From positions 33,965 through 97,964 of the forward strand of contig JANQNK010000019.1 in NCBI GenBank assembly GCA_028279595.1: DNA of 64,000 nucleotides, in the 5' to 3' direction. Shown here one piece after another: positions 29,638-38,922 of this stretch. Source of the DNA: Thermoplasmatota archaeon (GTDB lineage Archaea > Thermoplasmatota > JAKEGO01). How positions within the stretch are numbered: the stretch's first letter is position 1; each line of letters opens with the position of its first letter. The notes beneath the pieces were generated by a model. The model ran no database searches. It saw nothing but the letters and a program-made list of their open reading frames with translations, and had not been told where the DNA came from. A program made the translations under genes and the position numbers.

Positions 29638-30957
29638 TCATTCTACGAATACGATGGTCGAATCGGTGCTGGCGTACAGCCCTGAGCCGTCGTCGTCTGG
29701 ATCGGCGATGGACACATACACGATGAAGTCGCTTCCGCGGTCCTCGTATTCGTAATCATTGTCCGCGTTCTCGCCGTAGTCAAAACGCTCGTTATCGCTC
29801 TCCTGCTCCGGGAAGGTCCAGACTATATCGGCATCGTCCTTGTCGGTGCTGGTGTCGATGTCGCCCTTGTTCTCGTCCATGTAGTGGACCTCGAAATAGA
29901 CGGTGTCCTCACCCGCGAAGGGCGGGTTCGCCGTCTGGTTTGGTCCAGCGTCCACGAGTGGTCTCGCGTTGTAGTATGTCTCCGGCAGTTCGATGTCGAC
30001 CTCGTGGATGTCAGAGGATTCGATGACGGGATTGTGTATTGTGGCCTCGACGGTGAAGTTCCCTGGACTGTTGTAGTCGAGCTGGAACGGGTAATAGTAA
30101 CCCCGGAAGACGTTGTCCTGCCATATCCACTCGAGGATGTCCACACCCGTATCGCTATCGAGGAGGGTCGTGCCATCGTACAGTCTGATGTCGATCATCG
30201 TCCCCGGGAGTATGTCCGAGACCGGTTCTTCCTCCTCTCCGAAGATTAGTGTTCCAAAGACGCCGTATTCAGGCACCTCTGTGTCGGTGTAGTCCCATTT
30301 TCCATAGTCCACGGTCCATCGGGCCTCGACATTGGAGAGCTCACCGGTGAATGCGAGTGCGTTGCAGAAGTAATACGTCGTCGCGCTCTTCCCTTCCGCG
30401 GTCACTACGACCTTGTAGGAGCCCGGTTCGTCCAGGAACTCATCGTACGGGATGACCTTGGAACCTTGATCGTTGCTCATGGATATCGAGCCGCGGTAGG
30501 TGGTCTCGGACGTATCCTCGTATGTGATCTTGATGTTGGCGGACCCGCTGAAGCTGGAGTCGCCCAGGCTTTCTGTGACGACGAAGACCTCGAGGCCGAC
30601 GTCGGTGGCGTTCCAGGCGGTCTCCTGGGCGTTGATGCGTACCGCATCGACGCCGCTCTCGCCGTACATGAAGTATATCATGGACGCGGCGATGAGTACC
30701 ACGACGATACCGACCACGAAAAGGAGCATGAAGAGCTTCGATCCCATTATCTTGCCGATGAAACCCGTCTTCTCAGCAGGGGGTGGAGCAGCCGGTGCCT
30801 CGACGGGCGCCTCCGCAGGTGCTTCCGCGGGAGCCTCTGCCGCTGGCGGGGCCTCCTGGACGGGGGCTGCAGCCTCCTCCTCTCCGGCTATGCTTATGGC
30901 TGGCTCTTGCTGTGTCTCAGAACCGGGCATCGATGGCCCGCCGATAGGGACCTCCAT
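29638..30957 (-). CDS. Single-pass membrane protein with N-terminal Pro/Ala-rich tail and acidic extracellular region ending in a PKD-like domain
   Basis: APAEAP repeats, TM LFMLLFVVGIVVVLIAASMIYF, NARPLVDAGPNQT. Confidence 0.7.
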   Translation of the reverse strand: MEVPIGGPSMPGSETQQEPAISIAGEEEAAAPVQEAPPAAEAPAEAPAEAPVEAPAAPPPAEKTGFIGKIMGSKLFMLLFVVGIVVVLIAASMIYFMYGESGVDAVRINAQETAWNATDVGLEVFVVTESLGDSSFSGSANIKITYEDTSETTYRGSISMSNDQGSKVIPYDEFLDEPGSYKVVVTAEGKSATTYYFCNALAFTGELSNVEARWTVDYGKWDYTDTEVPEYGVFGTLIFGEEEEPVSDILPGTMIDIRLYDGTTLLDSDTGVDILEWIWQDNVFRGYYYPFQLDYNSPGNFTVEATIHNPVIESSDIHEVDIELPETYYNARPLVDAGPNQTANPPFAGEDTVYFEVHYMDENKGDIDTSTDKDDADIVWTFPEQESDNERFDYGENADNDYEYEDRGSDFIVYVSIADPDDDGSGLYASTDSTIVFVE

Positions 30958-30970
30958 GGGACCACCTTCG

Positions 30971-31879
30971 TCAGAGATCCTCCATACGCCGATTGCTGAA
31001 TACCAGCATGGCAACGGCAATGCCAGATACCATGATCAGCGGATCGTAGGCTGGCAGGTAGACACCCTTCTGTCTCACGTAAAGCGAGTACATCATGAAG
31101 ACCTCGGCGTCCGGGTTGGAGAGCCTGCTCTTGTCGGAGTAGACCTTGACGTTTACTGGGGAGACCTTGTTCTTCCAGAGTGTCCAGTCCTGCGGGCTGG
31201 TCAGCTGGATCTTGAACGGGCGAACGCCCTTCTCCTCGATGGTCTGCTTCGGGACCGTCGGTATGGTCCATCCCTCGTCTGAAAGTGACTTCTGGTTGGT
31301 GATCTCGATGACGAAATCGTCCTCGTCGTTCCCCATGTTCCATATCTTCATGCTGAACGTCAGGTCGTCGCCCGGGTTGATCTCGGTGAGCGGGTTGTCC
31401 GACTCGAGGATCAGCTTGAAGTACTGGTCGATGAACACGATCATGGATGTCGAGTCGACGTCACCGACGAGACCCTCAGCACCGGTCCACGATCCACCGA
31501 CCACGACATTCTGCGAGACCTTGTGACTGGTCCCGGGTGGTGCGCGAACGGTGATGGAGAACGGTTTCGAGCTCGTTCCCGCGGGGAAGGTCATACTTGA
31601 CGGGGTAATTGCAGCGCCCCATCCACCTGCAGAGATGGTCAGGGCGACCGTGACCTGCGTCTGGCTTCCCGAATCGCATGAGATTGTCCCTGTATTCTTG
31701 ACGATGCCATTGCCGGAACCGCCAGGAGTGACGTCAGCATTCTTGCTGGAATCGTCGAATGCCGCGGACACCACCGGTATGATGGTACCCTGTCCTTCCG
31801 CTTCCTGTGGGATCGCGATTATCGCAACGGCGGCCACGAGGACAACGAGCATGAGCGCAATGCAGATTCTTCTCATCAA
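30971..31879 (-). CDS. Secreted surface protein, choice-of-anchor T-like domain plus Ig domain, PGF-CTERM-like tail
   Basis: Signal peptide, ADVTPG, NMGNDEDDF, tail LPAYDP + TM + RR. Confidence 0.65.
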   Translation of the reverse strand: MMRRICIALMLVVLVAAVAIIAIPQEAEGQGTIIPVVSAAFDDSSKNADVTPGGSGNGIVKNTGTISCDSGSQTQVTVALTISAGGWGAAITPSSMTFPAGTSSKPFSITVRAPPGTSHKVSQNVVVGGSWTGAEGLVGDVDSTSMIVFIDQYFKLILESDNPLTEINPGDDLTFSMKIWNMGNDEDDFVIEITNQKSLSDEGWTIPTVPKQTIEEKGVRPFKIQLTSPQDWTLWKNKVSPVNVKVYSDKSRLSNPDAEVFMMYSLYVRQKGVYLPAYDPLIMVSGIAVAMLVFSNRRMEDL

Positions 31880-32109
31880 TCACACCTCTCTAATCAGCCC
31901 TAAATCCTGAACAGTATAAATCCTTTTTGCTCATGTTTTGACGGTCGACCGACCTGTCCGAGCCCCCGGATCGATACATGCCAGCCACCCTAACCAGGAA
32001 GCCCTATATAACCTTATTCGGACATCCGTCGATTTGGGTCCCCTAGGGGAGGTCCGACCATCGAAAAAGTTAAATCGGGGTAGCGAATGTTTGCGGCGAG
32101 GGAAGCAAA

Positions 32110-32301
32110 ATGGCGTACAACATCGAGATCAACGGAGACGAATGCATCAGCTGCGGTGTCTGCGAGGCCACCTGCCCCGAGGTGTTCAAGATGGATGACA
32201 GCGGAAAGTCCATACCGCTCCAGCCCATCCTGGAGGACCTCGGCTGCGCTCAGGAAGCTGCGGACAGTTGCCCCACCCAGTGCATCATAATCACTGAGTG
32301 A
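32110..32301 (+). CDS. Single-cluster ferredoxin
   Basis: CISCGVCEATCPEVF...CPTQCI. Confidence 0.9.
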   Translation: MAYNIEINGDECISCGVCEATCPEVFKMDDSGKSIPLQPILEDLGCAQEAADSCPTQCIIITE

Positions 32302-32320
32302 TCCCAACGGGATGCTCTGA

Positions 32321-33565
32321 ATGAGCGACGTTCGTCGCATCAGCGCACGCTGGATACTCGATTCCAGAGGCAACCCTACCGTCGAGGTCGACATTTCGAC
32401 CGATGACGGGATTTTCGTGGGTGTGGTCCCGTCGGGAGCATCCACAGGGTCCAAGGAGGCCCTCGAACTGCGCGACGGAGGCAGCGCCTTCCACGGCCGC
32501 GGGGTGTCCAAGGCCATCGACAACATCAAGGATGTCATAGCTCCGCGTATACTCGGGATGGACTGCACGGACCAACGTTCCGTAGATGATGCGCTCCTCG
32601 AACTGGACCCTTCCCCCATGAAGGATGGATTGGGGGCCAACGCCCTCCTTGCCGTGTCCCTCGCCTCCGCCCGGGCCGGAGCCGCTTCGAAGGGCATACC
32701 GCTTTACGAACACCTGCATCCTGGACCCCACAGGATGCCCGTTCCCTTCATGAACGTCATCAACGGAGGTGCGCACGCCGGCAACGACCTGGACATTCAG
32801 GAATACATGCTTGCACCCACAGGGTTCGATACTTACAGCGAGGCCGTCCAGGCCGGCTCCGAGGTCTATCACGCCCTCAAGACCATGCTCAAGGAGACCT
32901 ACGGGAAGGACGCCATCAACGTCGGCGACGAAGGCGGTTTCGCTCCGCCGATCTCGCAACCGGAGTGCCCGCTCGAACTCGTCCTCGAAGCCGCCGAGGA
33001 GATGGGCTATGGTGGAAAGATATCCCTCGCTATCGACGCAGCAGCGAGCGAGTTCGCTGACGGGGAGGACTACATCATCGCGGGCAAGCGGAAGAGCTCC
33101 GGCGACATGATAGACCTTTACAAGGAGCTCACCGGGACGTTCCCCCTCATTTCCCTCGAGGACCCGTTCTCCGAGGACGACTGGGACGCATTCATCTCGC
33201 TGACGGCGGAACTCGGTTCGAAGGTCCGGATCATCGGCGATGACATCTTCGTGTCGAATCCAAGGATACTGAAGGAGGGCATCGAAAGGAAGGCCGCGAA
33301 CGCCGTCCTCCTGAAGGTGAACCAGATCGGAACGGTCACAGAGGCGCTCGACGCCGTGGACATGGCCTACGGTTCAGACTTCGGGGTCATGGTATCGCAC
33401 AGGTCCGGCGAGACCAGCGACGACTTCATCGGCGACCTGGCCGTTTCCATCGGCTCCGGCATGATCAAGTCCGGCGCCCCAGCGCGGGGCGAGAGGACAT
33501 CGAAGTACAACCGGATGCTCCGCATCGAGGAGGTCGGAGGGATCCCGTACGGTCTTCGAGAGTGA
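32321..33565 (+). CDS. eno: Enolase
   Basis: ILDSRGNPTVE, VPSGASTG, GDEGGF, LLKVNQIG, SHRSGET. Confidence 0.96.
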   Translation: MSDVRRISARWILDSRGNPTVEVDISTDDGIFVGVVPSGASTGSKEALELRDGGSAFHGRGVSKAIDNIKDVIAPRILGMDCTDQRSVDDALLELDPSPMKDGLGANALLAVSLASARAGAASKGIPLYEHLHPGPHRMPVPFMNVINGGAHAGNDLDIQEYMLAPTGFDTYSEAVQAGSEVYHALKTMLKETYGKDAINVGDEGGFAPPISQPECPLELVLEAAEEMGYGGKISLAIDAAASEFADGEDYIIAGKRKSSGDMIDLYKELTGTFPLISLEDPFSEDDWDAFISLTAELGSKVRIIGDDIFVSNPRILKEGIERKAANAVLLKVNQIGTVTEALDAVDMAYGSDFGVMVSHRSGETSDDFIGDLAVSIGSGMIKSGAPARGERTSKYNRMLRIEEVGGIPYGLRE

Positions 33566-33658
33566 AGATATCTCACCGAAATCGATGTTTGCCAGACAAT
33601 GAGAAGCCGTTACGGGTAAAATTATATAATCGAACATATTCGAGAATACTAGATAGAT

Positions 33659-36388
33659 ATGAGACAGTTCAACGTGTTCGGTGCACTTGTCGTGGGCTTC
33701 GTAAAGGTCACGACGAAGAGCCCGATCTTCACTATTCTACTGATCTCGGCCATAACATTCATGCTGGCCATGCAGGCGGCGAGGATGAACGAGCAGATCT
33801 CGTCCGACCTCGACATCTACCTCCCGCAGGGAAGGGAGGAGAGCAGGATAATGAAGGAGATCGCCAAGGAGTGGGCGACGAACGTCGAGATCATCTTCAT
33901 CGAGACCGACAATGCGTTCTATCCGGAGATCTACAACACGAAGGAATACAATATCACTGCCAAACGCGTTCTCGACGAGATATCGTTCGTGGAAGGGGAC
34001 GAGTTCTGGGGCGGACTCAACTGGGACCGAACTGACAGAGGAAAGAAGGACGACATCGCATACTCGTTGAGCATCTCCATCATGATAAAGGAAATAAATT
34101 CAACGGGCCCGAGGATGGCGAACGTCCTCGAGGAGCAGATGGCGGACGAGGTCGCCGACCTCCTCGGCGTCGACGCGGTGAATATAACCCACGCGGATGA
34201 CGAGCAGCTCAAGAACGGAGGCCATTACTCCATCCCTGACGATCAGCAGCAGATAGACCAGATAATCTCTCAGATCCCGAAGAACGTCCTCGATTCGTTC
34301 GTGGCGGACACCACGGATGATGGGATCTGGGACACAGCGTTCATCATGTTCGGCGTCGTCGACGACGTGGAGGACGAGGAGCTCCTGGACCGGGTCGACA
34401 GCATGATAGACGCGAGGCCCACCCGTTACACGAAGATGTCCCACACGGGGATCATCCCGATCATGATCGAGGTCACCGACGAGGCCATGGAACAGATCAT
34501 GATGACAATGCCCTTCGCACTCCTTTTCACCATCGGCGTCATCATCTTCTTCCACAGGAGTACCAAGATCCTTCTGATAGCAGGTCTACCCCTGCTCTAC
34601 ACGCTCATCTGGACGTTCGGTATAATCGTCCTCATGGACGTCATGGTGTCGCCCATCATAGTGGCAGCTATACCCATGTTGATAGGACTCTCCGTCGACT
34701 ACGGGCTCCACCTTGCCAACCGTATCGCCGAATTCCAAAGGGAGGAGCACGAGGAGGTCCACAAGGCCATCTCCGACTCCCTTAGGACGACAGGGAAGGC
34801 CATTTTCCTGTCGGCAGCGACCACGATAATCGGATTCGCTGCGTTATTCACATCGGATCTTCAGCCCATAGCCATGATGGGTGTCGCTCTCGTCGTCGGC
34901 ATCACCAGCGCGTTCCTGCTGACGATAATCATGATCCCCAACCTGGTCATCCTGACGAAGTACAGGAAGAAACCCCTCGGGGGATGGAAGAAGTTCTCGA
35001 CATACCCCGTGAGGTTCCGTTGGCCAGTCGTCATCGCGGTGCTGCTCGTGACCATGATCTCGTGGACCCAGATCGAGACCATGACGGAGGTGTCCGGTGA
35101 AAGGCCCAAGGAAAGGGACACCGGTCTGGAGTCCATCACGACCATCAGGAAGTTCTCCAACCTCTGGTCCTCGGGGCAGTCGGCACTCCTGCTTATCGAG
35201 GGGGATTCGCCAGGCCAACTGAACAACACCCCGTTACTGGACAGTATAGAGAAATTGGAGAACGGTCAGTCCGACCAGCCCATAAGGGACCCCAATGATA
35301 ACGGGATCAATGACATCTATCTGAAGAACGATCCCGATGTTCGTGTCTCAGCACTAAGTATCGTTGACGTTTTCAAATCAGTCTCGTTGAACATCTCATG
35401 GCAGACCACCTCGGGCCTGATCAACGAATCCCTGATCCCCGAGCCTCTACAACCCATATGGGAGCAGATCTCCAGCATCATCGGCAACAATACCGACGAT
35501 TTCTACTGGTCGGTCACATACTGGGAGTTCATCCACTGGCTCCCCGAGGAGGGGGACTCGCGAGAACGCGCGATCCGCTACTTCTACAGATCGCTCACGG
35601 AGGAGCTCAGGGCGATGCTCATGAGCGAGAACTACGACAAGACCCTGATGATCGTCAACTTCCCATACCTCGGGGTGGGGATCTCGGAACAGATCATCGA
35701 TTCGATCAATGACAGGGTGAGCTACCACAACAGGAACAGCTTCAAACGGGGCCATTCCTCGAAGGCCACCGGGATCACGGCCCTCGTCATCATCGGGAAC
35801 CAGGCCGTGATGGAGAGCCAGATCGAGACGATACGGCTTTCATTGATCTTCGTCTTCATCGCACTAACGATAATCTTCTTCTCTCCGAGGGTGGCGGCAT
35901 TCACCATGGTGCCTATCCTCATCGTGGTAGCGTGGCAGCCGATAACCATGGCTTCCGTGGCATCCTTTACCGGAGGTGCCAGCTTGAACATGATGACTGC
36001 CATGATCGGTTCCATCATAATCGGAACGGGGATCGATTACGCCGTCCACATCTCCGAACGTATCAGGGAGGAGGGTGAGACGATCCAGGGCGTCATGAGG
36101 GCGACCGAGCACACCGGCCAGACCATCGCCGAGGCAACGTTCACCACGGTCGCGGGACTCTCCGGCGGACTGATGGTCACATGGTTCAGGGGTTTCTTCT
36201 TCATCGTCATCGCGCTGCTTCTCTATGCTATGTTCGCGGGACTGGTCCTTCTTCCAGCGGTCTATGCCATCTGGATCAAGCACCAGGAGAAGAAGTACCG
36301 CAGGTTCCTTGACCCAGGCGTCGACCCGAACGCGGTCGTCGAACCGATAGACGTCGAGGTTGTCGAGGCAGAGGTCCTAGAGTACTAG
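33659..36388 (+). CDS. RND/MMPL family membrane transporter
   Basis: GLSVDYGLH and GTGIDYAVH; TGKAIFLSAATTIIGF; duplicated TM halves. Confidence 0.88.
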   Translation: MRQFNVFGALVVGFVKVTTKSPIFTILLISAITFMLAMQAARMNEQISSDLDIYLPQGREESRIMKEIAKEWATNVEIIFIETDNAFYPEIYNTKEYNITAKRVLDEISFVEGDEFWGGLNWDRTDRGKKDDIAYSLSISIMIKEINSTGPRMANVLEEQMADEVADLLGVDAVNITHADDEQLKNGGHYSIPDDQQQIDQIISQIPKNVLDSFVADTTDDGIWDTAFIMFGVVDDVEDEELLDRVDSMIDARPTRYTKMSHTGIIPIMIEVTDEAMEQIMMTMPFALLFTIGVIIFFHRSTKILLIAGLPLLYTLIWTFGIIVLMDVMVSPIIVAAIPMLIGLSVDYGLHLANRIAEFQREEHEEVHKAISDSLRTTGKAIFLSAATTIIGFAALFTSDLQPIAMMGVALVVGITSAFLLTIIMIPNLVILTKYRKKPLGGWKKFSTYPVRFRWPVVIAVLLVTMISWTQIETMTEVSGERPKERDTGLESITTIRKFSNLWSSGQSALLLIEGDSPGQLNNTPLLDSIEKLENGQSDQPIRDPNDNGINDIYLKNDPDVRVSALSIVDVFKSVSLNISWQTTSGLINESLIPEPLQPIWEQISSIIGNNTDDFYWSVTYWEFIHWLPEEGDSRERAIRYFYRSLTEELRAMLMSENYDKTLMIVNFPYLGVGISEQIIDSINDRVSYHNRNSFKRGHSSKATGITALVIIGNQAVMESQIETIRLSLIFVFIALTIIFFSPRVAAFTMVPILIVVAWQPITMASVASFTGGASLNMMTAMIGSIIIGTGIDYAVHISERIREEGETIQGVMRATEHTGQTIAEATFTTVAGLSGGLMVTWFRGFFFIVIALLLYAMFAGLVLLPAVYAIWIKHQEKKYRRFLDPGVDPNAVVEPIDVEVVEAEVLEY

Positions 36389-37356
36389 GTCCACTTCTTC
36401 CAGGTGGTCTGCCATGTATTGCCAATTCTGAGGAACGGCCTCGCCGATTCCGCCACGCCGAGCATCCTCATCTCCCTCCACGACGACGGGGTATATTCGG
36501 ATGATACGATCCTGTCGGCGGTCATCGGTCCGATGCCGGGCACCTGCATCAGCTCCTCGGCGGTCGCCTCGAGAGGGTCGATCGGACCCGTGAGCTCCTC
36601 GTGGGCGACGATCAATTTCGGGTCCTTACGGAGCAGGTTGTCATCCTCACCGAAGGCGGCATCAAGCTTCCTCATCGTCCATCCGTAGATCCGCATAAGT
36701 GCGTCGGCCCTGTACAGCATGCCAGCCCTATGCGGGGATGGACCTTCCTTCGGCAGGTCCCTGTGGCCCACAGGTCTGTATGGAGAATAGTAGACTCGTC
36801 GGAGATCGAGGTTCCTGTACTCCCATTCGGCGGTCTTCAGCGCTTCCGAGTCCGTCTCGCCCAGCCCGACGATCATCTGCGTCGTCTGTCCGGAGCGCAG
36901 GGAATCGACGATGTCGCGTATCCAGAACTGACGGCCGATGATGTCGTTGCCCATGTCTTTGGTGCTGGCCAGGCTGGAGAGTCACTCGGAGCTGACGGTC
37001 TCGATGTTGATGCTCATCCTGTCCGCATAATGAGAGGCGACCTTCACGAGGTCGCGGGAGACCCCGGGAAGGACCTTGAAATGAAGGTAGTTGTTGAAAC
37101 CGCGCTCCCTGAGGAGGCGGGCGGTCCTCAACATGCCGAGTGTGACCTCGTCCGGGTCCTCGGTCACTCCGGAGGACAGGAAGATCCCCTTTTCCGGATC
37201 GGCGCGGAGCAGCGAGTCGGCAAGGCTTTCTGGGGTATGTTCGCATCCTTTCCCTCGAACGATACTGTACTTGCAATCATGAATGCACTTCGAATCGAAC
37301 ATGACCTTCCTGACGGAAAGGTTCGGAGCGTCCACCTCGACCGCCGAGATGTCCAC
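36385..37356 (-). pseudogene. Putative DNA modification/repair radical SAM-HhH protein (TIGR03916-like) interrupted by an in-frame TGA
   Basis: ORFs 36982-37356 and 36385-36954 are in the same frame, separated only by TGA at 36982-36984; GIFLSSGV, YLHFKVLPG, GQTTQMIVG, RVYYS, VPGIG; CxxxCxxS. Confidence 0.78.
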
Positions 37357-37360
37357 CGTC

Positions 37361-37462
37361 TCACCCGCACGTGGCGTAGCCGCAAGCCATGCACATGCAG
37401 CACCCTTCGATGTGCGTCATCATCGAGAGGCAGTAGGGGCATTGTACCAGGGACCTCATCAT
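37361..37462 (-). CDS. 33-aa stand-alone Zn-ribbon microprotein
   Basis: GAGGTGAG RBS; MMRSLVQCPYCLSMMTHIEGCCMCMACGYATCG. Confidence 0.65.
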   Translation of the reverse strand: MMRSLVQCPYCLSMMTHIEGCCMCMACGYATCG

Positions 37463-37659
37463 CTCACCTCTTCCACATCCGGGGTCCCACTCATATACCC
37501 GAATCGAGGGGGTGGATGAAAGTGTCTGCTCGATAAACCGAAGATCCTGAGACGCGTTGATGACCGTCCATTCCGTCATCGAGCGTGTAGGCCAGGCCCC
37601 TTTCGATCATTCAAACCGCCCTCCGACGGATTATTATATCGTCAGGAGATTCTGCACGC

Positions 37660-38811
37660 GTGAGGATAGGACAGTTCTGCATAAGGTACCCCCCCGCGAT
37701 GGGGGGCGCCGAGACGCACGTCCACGAGATCTCCAGCAGGTTCCGGAAGCGGGGCCACGAGGTCAAGGTGTTCACCACCGACCTCGACACCGAGTTCCCG
37801 TTCAAGAAGCTGGAGGACTCCCGCGATCCGGACTGGGTGGTGCGCAGGAAAGCCTACAATCCATTCCCGTTCCATTACGTCGTCGCTCCGGGTATGGTGA
37901 AGGACGTGGGTGCGGACCTCGACATCGTCCACGCTCATTCATACGGCTATTTCCAGACCAATCTGTCGTCATTCGTCGCGGGCATGAAGGATGTCCCGCT
38001 CGTCATCAGTCCCCACTACCACCCGCCGTGGACCATGATCGGGGGTTCGGGAAGGATGGCCGCGAGGAAGGTGTTCGATCGATACGCCGCTCCGTTCCTG
38101 CTTTCGAGAGCGGATGTGATCGTGAACGTCTCCCACGCCGAAAGGAGACAGATGGATGGCATCGTTCCGAAGGGTGTGAAGCGTGTCGTCATCCCGAACG
38201 GGATCGACCTTACAGCCTTCTCCCCGATCCCGGACGGGAAGGCGTTCCGGGAGACCTACGGGATCGAGGGGCCGATGCTCCTCTATACGGGAAGACTTGC
38301 CCAGAACAAGCGCCTGGAACATGTCATCGAGACCCTGCCGACGATCCTGAAGGAGTTCCCGGACCTGACCTTCGTCGCCGTCGGAACCGACAACGGGATG
38401 CTCGAGCCGTGGACGAAGCTGGCCAAAACGACCGGCGTCCTGGACAGGGTCAAGTTCATCGACTTCGTACCCTACGACGTCCTCGTAGACTCGTACGGCG
38501 CGGCGGACGTCTACGTCCTGCCCTCGGATTACGAGGCCTTCGGGATCGTCCTTCTCGAGGCGATGGCGGCGAAATGCCCGACGGTGGTCAGTAAGGTCGG
38601 CGGAGTGACCGACGTCGTCGATGACGGCAGGACCGGTTACCTGTACGAGTACGCGAACGTCGAGATGCTCGCCGAGAAGGTGCTCGCCCTCCTCGCCGAC
38701 GGCGATCTCAGAAGGGAGATGGGCGAGAACGGACGGTGCAGGGTGGAGGAGAACTTCACATGGGACAGGGTCGTCGACATGCTCCTCGAGCTCTACGGAA
38801 AATTGGTCTAG
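37660..38811 (+). CDS. Glycosyltransferase family 4
   Basis: PPAMGGAE, DIVHAH, IPNGID, GRL...KR, EAFGIVLLEAMA. Confidence 0.92.
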   Translation: MRIGQFCIRYPPAMGGAETHVHEISSRFRKRGHEVKVFTTDLDTEFPFKKLEDSRDPDWVVRRKAYNPFPFHYVVAPGMVKDVGADLDIVHAHSYGYFQTNLSSFVAGMKDVPLVISPHYHPPWTMIGGSGRMAARKVFDRYAAPFLLSRADVIVNVSHAERRQMDGIVPKGVKRVVIPNGIDLTAFSPIPDGKAFRETYGIEGPMLLYTGRLAQNKRLEHVIETLPTILKEFPDLTFVAVGTDNGMLEPWTKLAKTTGVLDRVKFIDFVPYDVLVDSYGAADVYVLPSDYEAFGIVLLEAMAAKCPTVVSKVGGVTDVVDDGRTGYLYEYANVEMLAEKVLALLADGDLRREMGENGRCRVEENFTWDRVVDMLLELYGKLV

Positions 38812-38922
38812 CGCTACGGACCCTCATGATCCCCCGGCCCGAGTGTGACGGATTATCAGGAACATGCCCGATTCCTCGCAAAAACTATATAATCAGTCAG
38901 ATTTAGTATCGTTCACCTCAAG

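Noticed and set aside
36982-36984. Selenocysteine codon
   Set aside because: The position does not correspond to a Cys-type catalytic site, no SECIS was recognised, and a CGA-to-TGA change is simpler
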